From Octopus vulgaris (taxonomy: Eukaryota), in the NCBI GenBank assembly GCA_951406725.2, contig OX597829.1, forward strand, positions 25,296,001 to 25,360,000: DNA of 64,000 nucleotides. Reading direction: 5' to 3'. The notes under the pieces are model-generated. The model did no database searches. It saw nothing but the letters and a program-made list of their open reading frames with translations, and was not told the DNA's origin. Position numbers and translations under genes: made by a program. Positions 39,102-52,442 of this stretch are shown piece after piece; the stretch's first letter is position 1; every line of letters begins with the position of its first letter.

Positions 39102-39540
39102 ATCATCATCATCGTTGTTTAACGTCCGTTTTCCATGCTAGCATGGGTTGGACGGTTCGACTGGGGATCTGGGAAGCCAGAAGGCTGCACCAGGCTCCAA
39201 TCTTATCTGGCAATGTTTCTACAGCTGGATGCCCTTCCTAACGCCAACCACTCCAAGAGTGTAGTGGATGCTTTTTACATGCCACCAGCACTGGAACCAT
39301 TCAGGTGGGCCTGGCATCCATCACGTTTGGATGGTGCTTTTTAGGTGCCACCAGCAAAAGAGCCAGTCAGAGGGTACTGGCATCGGCCACAATTGGTTGG
39401 TGCTTTTTATGTGCCACTGGCATGGGAGCCAGTCAAGCAGACCTGACATCAACCATGTTCAGATGGTGCTATTTACATGCCACTGGCATGGGAGCCAGTC
39501 AGGTGAAACTGGCCACAGCTATGATATTAGTTTTACTTGA
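39102..39540 (-). mobile_element. RTE 3'-UTR copy with four diverged ~63-bp modules
   Basis: Periodic G(G/A)TGCT(T/A)TTTA..TGCCAC motifs. Confidence 0.85.
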
Positions 39541-39585
39541 CTATATGTATATATATATATATTTTTTTTTTCTTTTTCTTTTTTT

Positions 39586-39914
39586 CTTTACTTGTTTCAG
39601 TCATTTGACTGTGACCATGCTGGAGCGCCGCCTTTAATCAAGCAACTTGACCCCGGGACTTATTCTTTGTAAGCCCAGTACTTATTCTATTGGTCTCTTT
39701 TGCCGAACCGCTAAGTGACGGGGACGTAAACACACCAGCATCGGTTGTCAAGCAATGCTAGGGGGACAAACACAGACACACAAACACACACACATACATA
39801 TATATATATACATATATCCAATGGGCTTCTTTCAGTTTCCGTCTACCAAATCCACTCACAAGGCTTTGGTCAGCCCGAGGCTATAGTAGAAGACACTTGC
39901 CCAAGGTGCCACGC
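39586..39914 (-). mobile_element. SINE family A lacking its 5' head
   Basis: Colinear with 8555-8880. Confidence 0.88.
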
Positions 39915-39929
39915 ATATATATATATATA

Positions 39930-40375
39930 TTGTTGAAAGATTTTAGAGGCCAAACAATGCAAATAGATTTTAAGATGTGTGAAAGTAGCAAGGATGGTAC
40001 GTGCGAATAATAAAGCTACCTTGGGCATAATCCTATGAACCAAAAAAAAAAGAAGGGAAAAAAGAAAGTCACTGTAATGCATTTTTTTGCCTGACATTAT
40101 TGCCCAAGGTTACCGTGGTCTTTTCCCTAGGTTTTTCTTTCCACGGATAAACCTAATCTGTTTCCCCTTTTACACTATGACATTTCTGTGATACACGATC
40201 CCTATTGATCGGCCTCTTTTTTTCCCTTTTTTTAACGATCCCTTTTGATCAAATTTCTACCCTATGTTTTTTCTTTTTTTTCTTTATTTTTTCCTTGTCT
40301 TATTCCCCAAAACAAAAGCTCCACTTTGTATTTTGTCCCCTCTGTGTTCAGCCCTGTGTGGCCAATAAAGAAACA
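39930..40375 (+). mobile_element. Putative LINE 3' end sharing its tail with SINE family C
   Basis: Ends TTTGTCCCCTCTGTGTTCAGCCCTGTGTGGCCAATAAAGAAA, matching the SINE C 3' end; followed by (CTAT)n(CTGT)n. Confidence 0.5.
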
Positions 40376-40378
40376 TAT

Positions 40379-40522
<144 letters not shown>

Positions 40523-41249
40523 TTATTTATCTATATGTATGTATGTACATATGTATGTATATACACACACGTGTGTGTACGTGTGTGTGTGTCTGTGTGT
40601 GTGTGAGTGTGTGTCTATATATTTTTATGTATGTGTCTGTGTTCGTGTTCATGTGTTGTATCCTGCTCACTGCTTGATAACTGGTATTGGTTTGTTTAAG
40701 GATCCTGTAACTTAGTGGTTCAGCAAAAGCAGACAGATAGAATATGACCCAGCCTTAAAACAAAAAAATAAGTACAGGGGTTGATTTGTTCAAATAAACC
40801 TTTCAAGGGGATGCCCCAGCATGGCCACAGTCCAATGAGAGAAAGAGGATAAAAAAATAAAAAGTATATGTAACCAAACAGACTCCAAAGAGGCTGGTGT
40901 TGGTCTGCATCAACAAGACTTGCATAACATTCATTAAAATCAATAAAAAAGAGTACATTAAACATGCTGTGAGGAGTGGAAAATCCAATATTTTGGACAG
41001 AGTTCTTCAGCAAAAAAGTTGACAGGAAAGAAACGAACAAGAAGCAGCAGTTTTTACATCCTGTAAGTTTAAAAAAATAAAAATACCTGTTACAACCGGA
41101 TTTAAAAAAAAAACTTTCAGCATGTGAAACTGCTGTCTTTCATTACATTCTCTCCTATCAAATTTCCCCTGCATGTAGGACTGAAGTCACAAACGGAATT
41201 TCTACTCCTCATACCAAGTTCATGTACTCTTTTTATGGATTTTTACCAT

Positions 41250-41287
<38 letters not shown>

Positions 41288-41330
41288 GTAAATATGAATA
41301 TGTGTGTGTATATACAGATAGTATGTATCC

Positions 41331-41361
<31 letters not shown>

Positions 41362-41559
41362 CACCAACCCTATACATACACACGTCCAGACCTCTCATAC
41401 GCACTTATACTCTCTCATACACACACACACACACTTATACATACTAATACGTACTAATACATACTAATACATACTAATACATACACCAACCCTATACATA
41501 CACACGTCCAGACCTCTCATACGCACTAATACTCTCTCATACACACACACACACACACC

Positions 41560-41880
41560 CTCATGTTGGAGCTGGTCATTCAACCCTATTATCAACCCTA
41601 TTATCTCCCCTTATTTCGCTCTCGCGTCTCATTTTTGATCTTTGACCTCTGGCCGAAATCAGATCGCCATGTTGATTCGTTAGTTACTGCACGCATTTTT
41701 TTTCTCTCCTTCTTTCTGTGTTTTTATTTTTCTCTCTGTGTATCTTTCTGTTGAAGAGCGTAGGCTCGAAACGTTAAAGACTTGTTTTATTTATATTTCT
41801 TGAGCGCCATACTAATACAATTGTTTGTTTGTTTCCCACCTGCCTTCGTCTTTTGTCTATTTTCATAAAGCTTCCCGTTA
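41560..41880 (+). mobile_element. Penelope-like terminal repeat with best-preserved minimal hammerhead-like motif
   Basis: 41743-41780: UCUUU-CUGUUGA-A-GAGC-GUAG-GCUC-GAAAC-GUU-AAAGA. Confidence 0.65.
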
Positions 41881-41902
41881 TATATATATATATATATATA
41901 CA

Positions 41903-41938
<36 letters not shown>

Positions 41939-42087
41939 TATATCAGACTGGAGACTGGTGCAGCCTCCTGGCTTCCCAGACCCTGGTTGAGCCATCCAAC
42001 CCATACTAGCATGGAAAACGGACGTTAAACGATGATGATGATGATGATGATATATATATATATATATATATATATACATTATATATA

Positions 42088-42476
42088 CTCTCTTTACTCT
42101 TTTACTTGTTTCAGTCATTTGACCATGGCCATGCTGGAGCACCACCTTTAGTCGAGCAAATCGACCCCTAGTACTCATTCTATTGGCTTCTTTTGCTGAA
42201 CTGCTAAGTTACGGGGACGTAAACACACCAACATCGGTTGTCAAGTGATGGTGGGGGGAACAAACACAGACACATGAACATGTACACACACACATACATA
42301 TAAATACATATATACGACAGGCTTCTTTCAGTTTCTGTCTGCCAAATCCACTCAAGGCTTTGGTCGACCTGAGACTATAGCAGAAGACACATGCCCAAAG
42401 TGTCAGTGTCATGTGGTGGGACTGAACTCGGAACCTTGTTGGTAAGCAAGCTACTTACCACACAGTCACTCCTATG

Positions 42477-42478
<2 letters not shown>
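42088..42478 (-). mobile_element. SINE family A
   Basis: Full-length family homology. Confidence 0.88.
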
Positions 42479-42511
<33 letters not shown>

Positions 42512-42514
<3 letters not shown>

Positions 42515-42922
42515 AGTTGTTGTGTGGTAAGAAGTTTGCTCCCCAGCCACATAGTTCTGGGTGCAGTCCTACTGCATAGCATCTTGGTCAAGAGCCTTCT
42601 AGTACAGCCTTGGGCTGAACAAAGCCTTGTGAGGGGATTTGGTAGATTGAAATTGAAAGAAGCCTGTCATATAAATGTATGTATGTGTGTGTGTGTGTAT
42701 GTATATATCTATCTGTGTTTGTCTTTGCATTCACCCCCCTCACCACTTGACAACTGGTATTAGTGTGTTTACATCCTCAAAACTTAGCAGTTCAGCAAAA
42801 GAAACCAATAGAATAAGTACCAGGCTTAAAAAATAAGTACTGGGTGGTCGATTCGTTAGACTAAAAATTCAAGGCGGTGCCCCAGCATGGCTGCAGGTTA
42901 TGACTGAAACAAGTAAAAGATA
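42512..42922 (+). mobile_element. SINE family A (older copy)
   Basis: Full-length family homology. Confidence 0.85.
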
Positions 42923-42937
42923 AGATATATATACATA

Positions 42938-43167
42938 TCATCATCATCATCATCATCGTTTAACGTCCGCTTTCCATGCTAGCATGGGTTGGACGGTTCA
43001 ACTGGGGTCTGGCAAGCCCGAAGGCTACACCGGGCCAGTCAGATCTGGCAGTGTTTCTACAGCTTGATGCCCTTCCTAACGCCAACCACTCTGAGAGTGT
43101 AGTGGGTGATTTTATGTGCCACCGACACAGGTGCCAGACGAGGCTGGCAGACGGCCACGCTCGGATG
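42938..43167 (-). mobile_element. Young RTE 3'-end copy with one 63-bp-type module
   Basis: Near-identical to 46037-46270. Confidence 0.92.
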
Positions 43168-43183
43168 ATATATATACATATAT

Positions 43184-43245
<62 letters not shown>

Positions 43246-43388
43246 AAGTATATGTGTGTGCATTTGATTCCCATGCATCCACTTCCAAGTAAGTTTTATC
43301 TATGTATATATATATATATAGACAGGTGATATGAGAATTTTTATTAATTATTACAATTGTTTCAACACAATGTAACGGTTCAGTATAT

Positions 43389-43433
<45 letters not shown>

Positions 43434-43442
43434 TGCACACAT

Positions 43443-43491
<49 letters not shown>

Positions 43492-43654
43492 AAGACATAT
43501 ATACCATATATATATAAATATATATATATATATACATATATTGATAAAAATGGTAAGACAACAAGAGTATGAAAGAGACCTCGATATTATGCAAATAGCG
43601 GAATTTATCTGTAAATGTAATATGTGACAATTATTCAGTAGCCATATATAAATA

Positions 43655-44050
43655 TATATAAAGAATAAGGAGAAAATGGAGAGGTAATTAATAAAATTAA
43701 TTATTAATCATAAAATATGACATTTCTGACAACTGTTTCGATTCAGAAATCTTTAGATTAAAATCGTTATAAGATGAAGAGATTCATCTTATAATAATTT
43801 TTATTTTATGAATTAATTATCTAAAGATTTCTTAATCAAAACAGCTGTCAGAGATATTGTCATATTTTATAATTGATAAATAATTTTATTTATTATCTCA
43901 CCATTTTCTCCTTATTCTTTAAATATATAAATATATGAACCACAGTTTATATGGTTACCTTATAGTTGATCTTTCTATGGATTGGTAATTAACCAGTATT
44001 TTCACTGGATTTATGATCCCTTAATGAGGTTTATTATCATTACTTGCTTT
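43655..44050 (+). mobile_element. Penelope-like terminal repeat with long inverted duplication
   Basis: Inverted repeat centred near 43780; tail 43938-44050 is homologous to 55908-56040. Confidence 0.6.
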
Positions 44051-44053
44051 TAC

Positions 44054-44085
<32 letters not shown>

Positions 44086-45010
44086 ATGTACACACACACA
44101 TACAATCACACACAAACACGAACACACACACACACACATACATATGCATATATATAGATATGTTCAATTGCAGGATTCGTTAGAATCTAGGTATTTCAAT
44201 CCGTTGGATGCCACAAAAGGCTACATGCTGGGCTTACAATACTCTAGAGAAAATTAAAGCTGTTATTTGCTTCTTACATGGTGTAATTATGCATATATAT
44301 GCCTACACATCTATCTCTATATTTAAATATACATGGACAAAAGCATATATATATATGTAGGTACCCTATCTAATACAAACTGTAGATCCAACTCAAGGAT
44401 GATTCAAAGTGTAGCATATGTGTAAAAAAAAAAAAAAAAACGCACAAATGGGGTTCAGGCCAACGTGAAGCCTGACAGCTACACCTTCTCTGCAAGATGA
44501 AAAGTTACCCTTTCCTATGAACAGCTGTTAATCTTATGCAAAATACATGTGTTTTTGTCACAGTAAAGTACTACTCATATAACCGAAAAGAGGCAGCTGT
44601 TACACATTTAAAGTACAACCACTTACACACTAACATTATGCATTCCTTTACCTCTTTCTCTCTTCTATTGTTCTGCTGTTCCCATGGGCTAATACGCTGT
44701 ATATCATTTCTAACCAATCCTACTTGAGTCATTTACCTTTTCTTGTCCTTCAACTGCATTATTCCTTAACCCTTTTCCTGTTCAAAACATTTTCATAATT
44801 TTGTCCTAAACATCTATGCTTGCTTTCAGGCTTTTAGTTAGCTCTTGTTTCATATGTTCTGTGTATTATAAAGCATTCCTTTCATAAGTCCCAAGTTACA
44901 CTACTGGTTGTAAAAAAATTGGTAACATATGTTGTGTATGATGCTGGAATGCCAGAGAGATATGTCCTGTGTACCACATGTAATATACTGGGCAGCACTA
45001 AAAAATTTAA

Positions 45011-45223
45011 CCCTTTAACATTCAGATTACTCTATAAAATGTAATATTTATGTATTCACATTGCTTTGAATTAATTATGCATTATCTATTAGCTTTGAAG
45101 ATTCAATAACGTGACTGTCCTTTTTTAGAATGACATTGTAGGGTAAATGTGAGAGGCCAGATCTGGCCAGTTTGAACTGATAGAACATTTGGGCCAGATG
45201 TGATCCATTTAAACGCTAAATGG
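45011..45223. mobile_element. piggyBac-like MITE
   Basis: TTAA|CCCTTTAACATT ... AACGCTAAATGG|TTAA; related partial copies at ~21520-21682 and ~60050-60260. Confidence 0.75.
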
Positions 45224-45462
45224 TTAAAAGTTAAATAATTTGGTTTTCCCTCTGAAACCCAACTGTAAATATTTTTGTAAGCCGCTGTCTTATACCATTA
45301 AATTATAATAATCCCTGAAATCTCTTTATTTTTGCCTATATTTTTGCCCCAGAAAGTGAAAAATAGCTTCAACTTCACTTGTCTAAGAGAACTAAAATCA
45401 TGAGACCTATCAACTATCCCAGATATGTAGGTTTCTCTTGACCTAAGAAAATAATTAACTAA

Positions 45463-45957
45463 ATCATCATCATCATTTAACGTCCGCTTTCCATGCTAGC
45501 ATGGGTTGGACGGTTCAACTGGGGTCTGGGGGAGCCCGAAGGCTGCACCAGGCCAGTCGGATCTGGCAGTGTTTCTACAGCTGGATGCCCTTCCTAACGC
45601 CAACCACTCCGAGAGTGTAGTGGGTGATTTTATGTGCCACCGACACAGGTGCCAGACGAGGCTGGCGAACGGCCACGCTCGGATGGTGTTTTTATGTGCC
45701 ACCGACACAGGTGCCAGACGAGGCTGGCAGACGGCCACGCTCGGATGGTGTTTTTTATGTGCCACTGACACAGGTGCCAGACGAGGCTGGCAAACGGTCA
45801 CGATCGGATGGTGTTTGTTACGTGCCCACAGCACAGAGGCCAGTCGATGCAGTACTGGCTACGGCCACGTTCGGATGGTACCACAAAGATACAAATTCCA
45901 TTGATGTTCATCTATTTTGATTTGGTTTGATTTTCACTTGCCTCAACAGGTCTTCAC
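45463..45957 (-). mobile_element. Young RTE 3'-UTR copy with 3+1 modules
   Basis: Near-identical to 46037-46778 apart from repeat number and short indels. Confidence 0.92.
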
Positions 45958-46206
45958 TAAATACATGTAATGTAATTTTCATTTCTGAAGATGAACATCA
46001 CCTTTGGCCATTTTGGCAATGGTGTATATATTTGGTATCATCATCATCATCATCATCATCGATTAACGTCCGCTTTCCATGCTAGCATGGGTTGGACGGT
46101 TCAACTGGGGTCTGGGAAGCCCGAAGGCTGCACCAGGCCAGTCAGATGTGGCAGTGTTTCTACAGCTGGATGCCCTTCCTAACGCCAACCACTCCGAGAG
46201 TGTAGT

Positions 46207-46680
46207 GGGTGATTTTATGTGCCACCGACACAGGTGCCAGACGAGGCTGGCAGACGGCCACGCTCGGATGGTGTTTTTTATGTGCCACCGACACAGGTGC
46301 CAGACGAGGCTGGCAGACGGCCACGCTCGGATGGTGTTTTTTATGTGCCACCGACACAGGTGCCAGACGAGGCTGGCAGACGGCCACGCTCGGATGGTGT
46401 TTTTTATGTGCCACCGACACAGGTGCCAGACGAGGCTGGCAGACGGCCACGCTCGGATGGTGTTTTTTATGTGCCACCGACACAGGTGCCAGACGAGGCT
46501 GGCAGACGGCCACGCTCGGATGGTGTTTTCTTATGTGTCACCGACACAGGTGCTAGACGAGGCTGGCGGACGGCCACGCTCGGATGGTGTTTGTTACGTG
46601 CCCTCAGCACGGAGGCCAGTCATTGCGGTACTGGCTACGGTCACGTTCGGATGGTTTTCTTATGTGCCACCGGCACTGGT
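46207..46680 (-). repeat. 63-bp tandem array in the RTE 3' UTR
   Basis: Units start at 46219, 46282, 46345, 46408, 46471, 46535, then diverged 46598 and partial 46664. Confidence 0.97.
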
Positions 46681-46852
46681 ACCACAAGGATACAAATTCC
46701 ATTGATGTTCATCTATTTTGATTTGGTTCGATTTGATTTGATACGATTCGATTCTCACTTGCCTCAACAGGTCTTCACAAGTGTCACAAGAAGGAAGGTA
46801 TGCACAGGTGGACTGACTACGTCCCAGGTAGGGGCCACGGATTATGGCTTCA

Positions 46853-49376
46853 CTAGTCTTGCCGGGTCTTCTCACGCACAGCATACTTCCATAGGTCTCG
46901 GTCTCTAGTCATTTCCATGGTGAGACCTAACGTCCGAAGGTCGTGCTTCACCACCTCGTCCCAGGTTTTCCTGGGTCTACCTCTTCCACGGGTTCCCTCA
47001 ACTGCTAGGGATTGGCACTTTCTCACACACCTCTCTTCATCCATTCTCGCCACATGACCATACCAGCGCAATCGTCTCTCTTGCACACAACAACTGATGC
47101 TTCTTAGGTACAACATTTCTCTCAAGGTACTAACGCTCTGTCGAGTAAGTACACTGACATTACACATCCATCGGAGCATACTGGCTTCGTTCCTCACGAG
47201 CTTACGCATGTCCTCAGCAGTCACGGCCCATGTTTCACTGCCATGTAGCATAGCTGTTCGTACACATGCATCATACAGTCTGCCTTTACTCTGAGCGAGA
47301 GGCCTTTAGTCACCAGCAGAGGTAAGAGCTCCCTAAACTTTGCCCAGGCTATTCTTATTCTAGCAGTTACACTTTCAGCGCACCCACCCCCACTACTGAC
47401 TTGGTCACCTAGATAGCGGAAACTATCAACTACTTCTAGTTTTCCCCCGGAAAGTGACAGAAGTTGTTTTCTGCAGATTTTCGGAGGTCAGTGCTCCAGA
47501 GCACCTGCCACATACAAAAACTATCTTCCCAGTTAGCCTACCTTTGACATTGCTGCACCTCTTATGTGTCCATAGCTTACACTGGGTACATCTTATAGAG
47601 TTTCTACCTACACCTTTTCTACAGATCGAGCAGGGCCATCTTCCTGATGATATTTGTGGGTTTTCTACCTTTCTACTTATTAGTACTTTGGTTTTAGCTA
47701 GGTTGACTCTAAGGCCCCTCGATTCTAAACCCTCCTTCCACACCTGGAACTTCTCCTCCAGTTCTGATAGTGACTCAGCGATTAGAGCGAGGTCGTCAGC
47801 ATAGAGGAGCTCCCAGGGGCAACCTGTCTTGAATTCCTCCGTTATTGCCTGGAGGACTATGATAAATAGGAGGGGGCTGAGTACTGAACCCTGGTGGACC
47901 CCAACCTCTACTTTGAATTCTTCTGTGTACATGTTGCCAACTCTAACCTTACTTACGGCATCTCTGTACATGGCTTGCACAGCCCTCACCAGCCATTCAT
48001 CTATCCCTAGTTTCCTCATTGACCACCAGATGAGGGATCGGGGGACCCTATCAAAGGCTTTCTCCATGTCAACAAAAGCCAGGTACAGGGGCTTATCCTT
48101 GGCTAGGTATTTCTCCTGCAGCTGCCTTACCAGGAATATAGCATCAGTGGTGCTTTTCCCTGGGACAAACCCAAACTGCATCTCATCTAAACTAACTCTC
48201 TCTCTAATTAGTTGGGCTAAGACCCTCTCCGTAACCTTCATTACCTGATCCAACAGCTTGATACCTCTGTAATTATTTGTATCCAGGGCATCACCTTTAC
48301 CTTTGTAGCAGTTGACTAGTATGCTGCTACACCAGTCATTGGGTATGACTCCTTCGTGTATCACCTGGTTGACTATACGGGTGACTAGGTTATAGCCGAC
48401 ACTGCCAGATATTTTGAGCATCTCTGCAGTAATTCCTGATGGGCCTGGGGCTTTCCCTGTCTTCATGCTTCTAATTGCCTTAGCTACCACGGAACTATCA
48501 ACTCGGATAGCTGGTCCCTCTGTTGGGTCAACATTTGGCAGACTCTCTTTATCCCATTCATTTTCTTTATTCAGCAAACTTTCATAGTGGCATCTCCAAA
48601 CCTCTCTCTTTGCATCCTCATTTAGCGCAAGTGAACCATCATCCATGCGAACACACTTCTCTCCTACCACATCACGATTCTCTCTCACATACTGTCTTGC
48701 AACACGAAATACCTCAAGTCTTTCATCCTCACGGCTCAGAACATTGGCAAATTTTTTCTTATCCGCTTCCCCTCTGGCTATATAAACCTGTCTCCTAGCT
48801 TCCCTTTTGGCTGTCTGATACAATTCCCTGCTACCACCGTTCTTCCAGTCCTTCCAAGCCTGTCTCTTTTGTCTAATAGCCCCGTCAACCACCGTGTTCC
48901 ACCACCATGTTACTCTGGGTCGAGATGGTACTTTGCTCCATCCACAGATCTGGTCAGTAGCTGTCAGCAGATTGTCCCGTAGGAATCTCCAGTTGTCTTC
49001 CACATTAAGTGAAGCTATATCCCCTTCTATTTCGTCAGAGGCTTCGAGTAGTATGTCTCTAAATCTCTGTGCATTTGCAGGATCTTTAAGCTTCCAGACC
49101 CTTCTCCTCCAAGCTGGTCTTCTTCTGGGCGACCATTTAGCTCTGATCCTGAAGTCGCTAACTACTAATCTATGTTGGGGAGTACATTCTTCGCCTGGGA
49201 AGGTTTTGGCATTTATAATCAGCCCTCTTTCCCTTTTTCTGGCAAGGATGTAGTCAATCTGGCTGGTGTGTCTGCCAGAACGGTAGGTGACTAGGTGAGA
49301 GGTGGGTTTCCTGAAGTGGGTATTGCAGACCATAAGGTCATTTGCATCGCAGAACTCCAGCAGCCTGGTTCCCTCA
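46853..49376 (-). pseudogene. RTE ORF: APE C-terminal part, reverse transcriptase with PHD insert; two frameshifts (~47445, ~47286)
   Basis: SQIDYIL (APE), GKAPGPSG, NYRGIKLL, FVDMEKAFDRV, GVHQGSVLSPLLF, YADD (47792-47803); ORFs 47426-49333 and 46853-47251 are joined through LEVVDSFRYLG. Confidence 0.95.
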
Positions 49377-49693
49377 AGAATTCTTCAGAGATAAAGCTTA
49401 GCACTAGTAGTAATAGTGGCAGTTTTTTCACCATCACCATCATCATTATCATTGATTTTAATGTCCATTTTTTCTTGCTTGTATGAGTTGAATATAATTT
49501 TGTTATATTAGGTATGTTAGGGTAGATTTTCTATGGCCAGATGCCCTCACCTGTTTCCAAGCAAGTAATATTTCCCCCCGTGGTTAGACATATTTTCAGG
49601 GAAGATTGGGAATAAAGGACACTACTTGCATACAGATAAAACTCGTTTATGACTAACACACAAATTCAAGGCAAGGAGACAGTAGCACACAAC

Positions 49694-50145
49694 CACACAC
49701 ACACACACACACGTGTACATACATACATACATACATACATACATACATACATACATACATACATACATACATACATACATACATGCATGCATGCATGCAT
49801 ACATACATACATACACATGCATGCATGCATGCATGCATACATACATACATACATACATACATACATACATACATACATACATACATACATACATACATGC
49901 GTGCGTGCGTGCATGCATGCATGCATGCATATATACATGCATACACACACACACATACATACATACATACATACATACATACATGCATACATGCATACAT
50001 ACATACATACACACACATACATACATACATACATGCATACATACATACATACATATATACATACATGCATGCATGCACACATACATACATACATACATGC
50101 ATGCATGCATGCATGCATACATACATACATACATACATACATACA
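49694..50145. repeat. Compound (TACA)n/(TGCA)n/(CA)n array
   Basis: Directly visible. Confidence 0.97.
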
Positions 50146-50179
50146 AAATAATATAAATAATGTCAATTAATACAAAAAA

Positions 50180-51901
<1,722 letters not shown>

Positions 51902-51911
51902 TATATTCTTT

Positions 51912-52292
51912 TATTCTTTTACTTGTTGCAATCATCTGACTGTGGCCATGCTGGAGCACTGCCTTGAAGGGTTTTTGTCAAACAATTTGATCCCAGGACT
52001 TATTTTTAGGCATAATATTTATTCTACCGGTCTCGAATGTAAACACACCAACACCGGTTGTCAAGCAATGATGGGGGACAAACACAGACAGAAAGAGACA
52101 CACATATAGATATTTACATATATATGATGGGTTTCTTTCAGTTTCTCTCTACCAAATTCACTCACAAGGCTTTGGTTGGCCTGAAACTATAGTAGAAGAC
52201 ACTTGCCCAAGGTACCATGCAGCATGCAGTGGGACTGGACCTGGAACCATGTGGTTGGGAAGCAAGCTATTTACCACACAGCCATGCCTGTG
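51912..52292 (-). mobile_element. SINE family A
   Basis: Family homology. Confidence 0.85.
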
Positions 52293-52389
52293 CATATATA
52301 TATATATGTACATGCATGCACATATGTATATGTACATATGTACATACATACATACATACATACATACATACATGCACACACACACGCAT

Positions 52390-52442
<53 letters not shown>

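Larger units (their letters stand above)
46037..49377 (-). mobile_element. Young 5'-truncated RTE-clade LINE
   Basis: Partial APE, complete RT, GRGRPRKTW C-terminus, ~800-bp 3' UTR and (GAT)n tail. Confidence 0.97.

Noticed and set aside
44446-44489. Possible 44-nt minus-strand exon with AG/GT boundaries
   Set aside because: Too short to distinguish from chance splice signals
46219-46281. HDV-like ribozyme in the 63-mer (CAG-CCUCGU-CUG resembles P3/L3)
   Set aside because: No P1 partner or J4/2-P2 could be assigned, and the loop is not conserved in older copies
46207-46680. CRISPR array
   Set aside because: Units are contiguous and identical with no unique spacers, there are no cas genes, and the array lies in a eukaryotic LINE UTR
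46079-46908. 208-aa and 229-aa repetitive ORFs as real proteins
   Set aside because: They are antisense to the LINE and open only because the stop-free unit is 63 bp (a multiple of 3)
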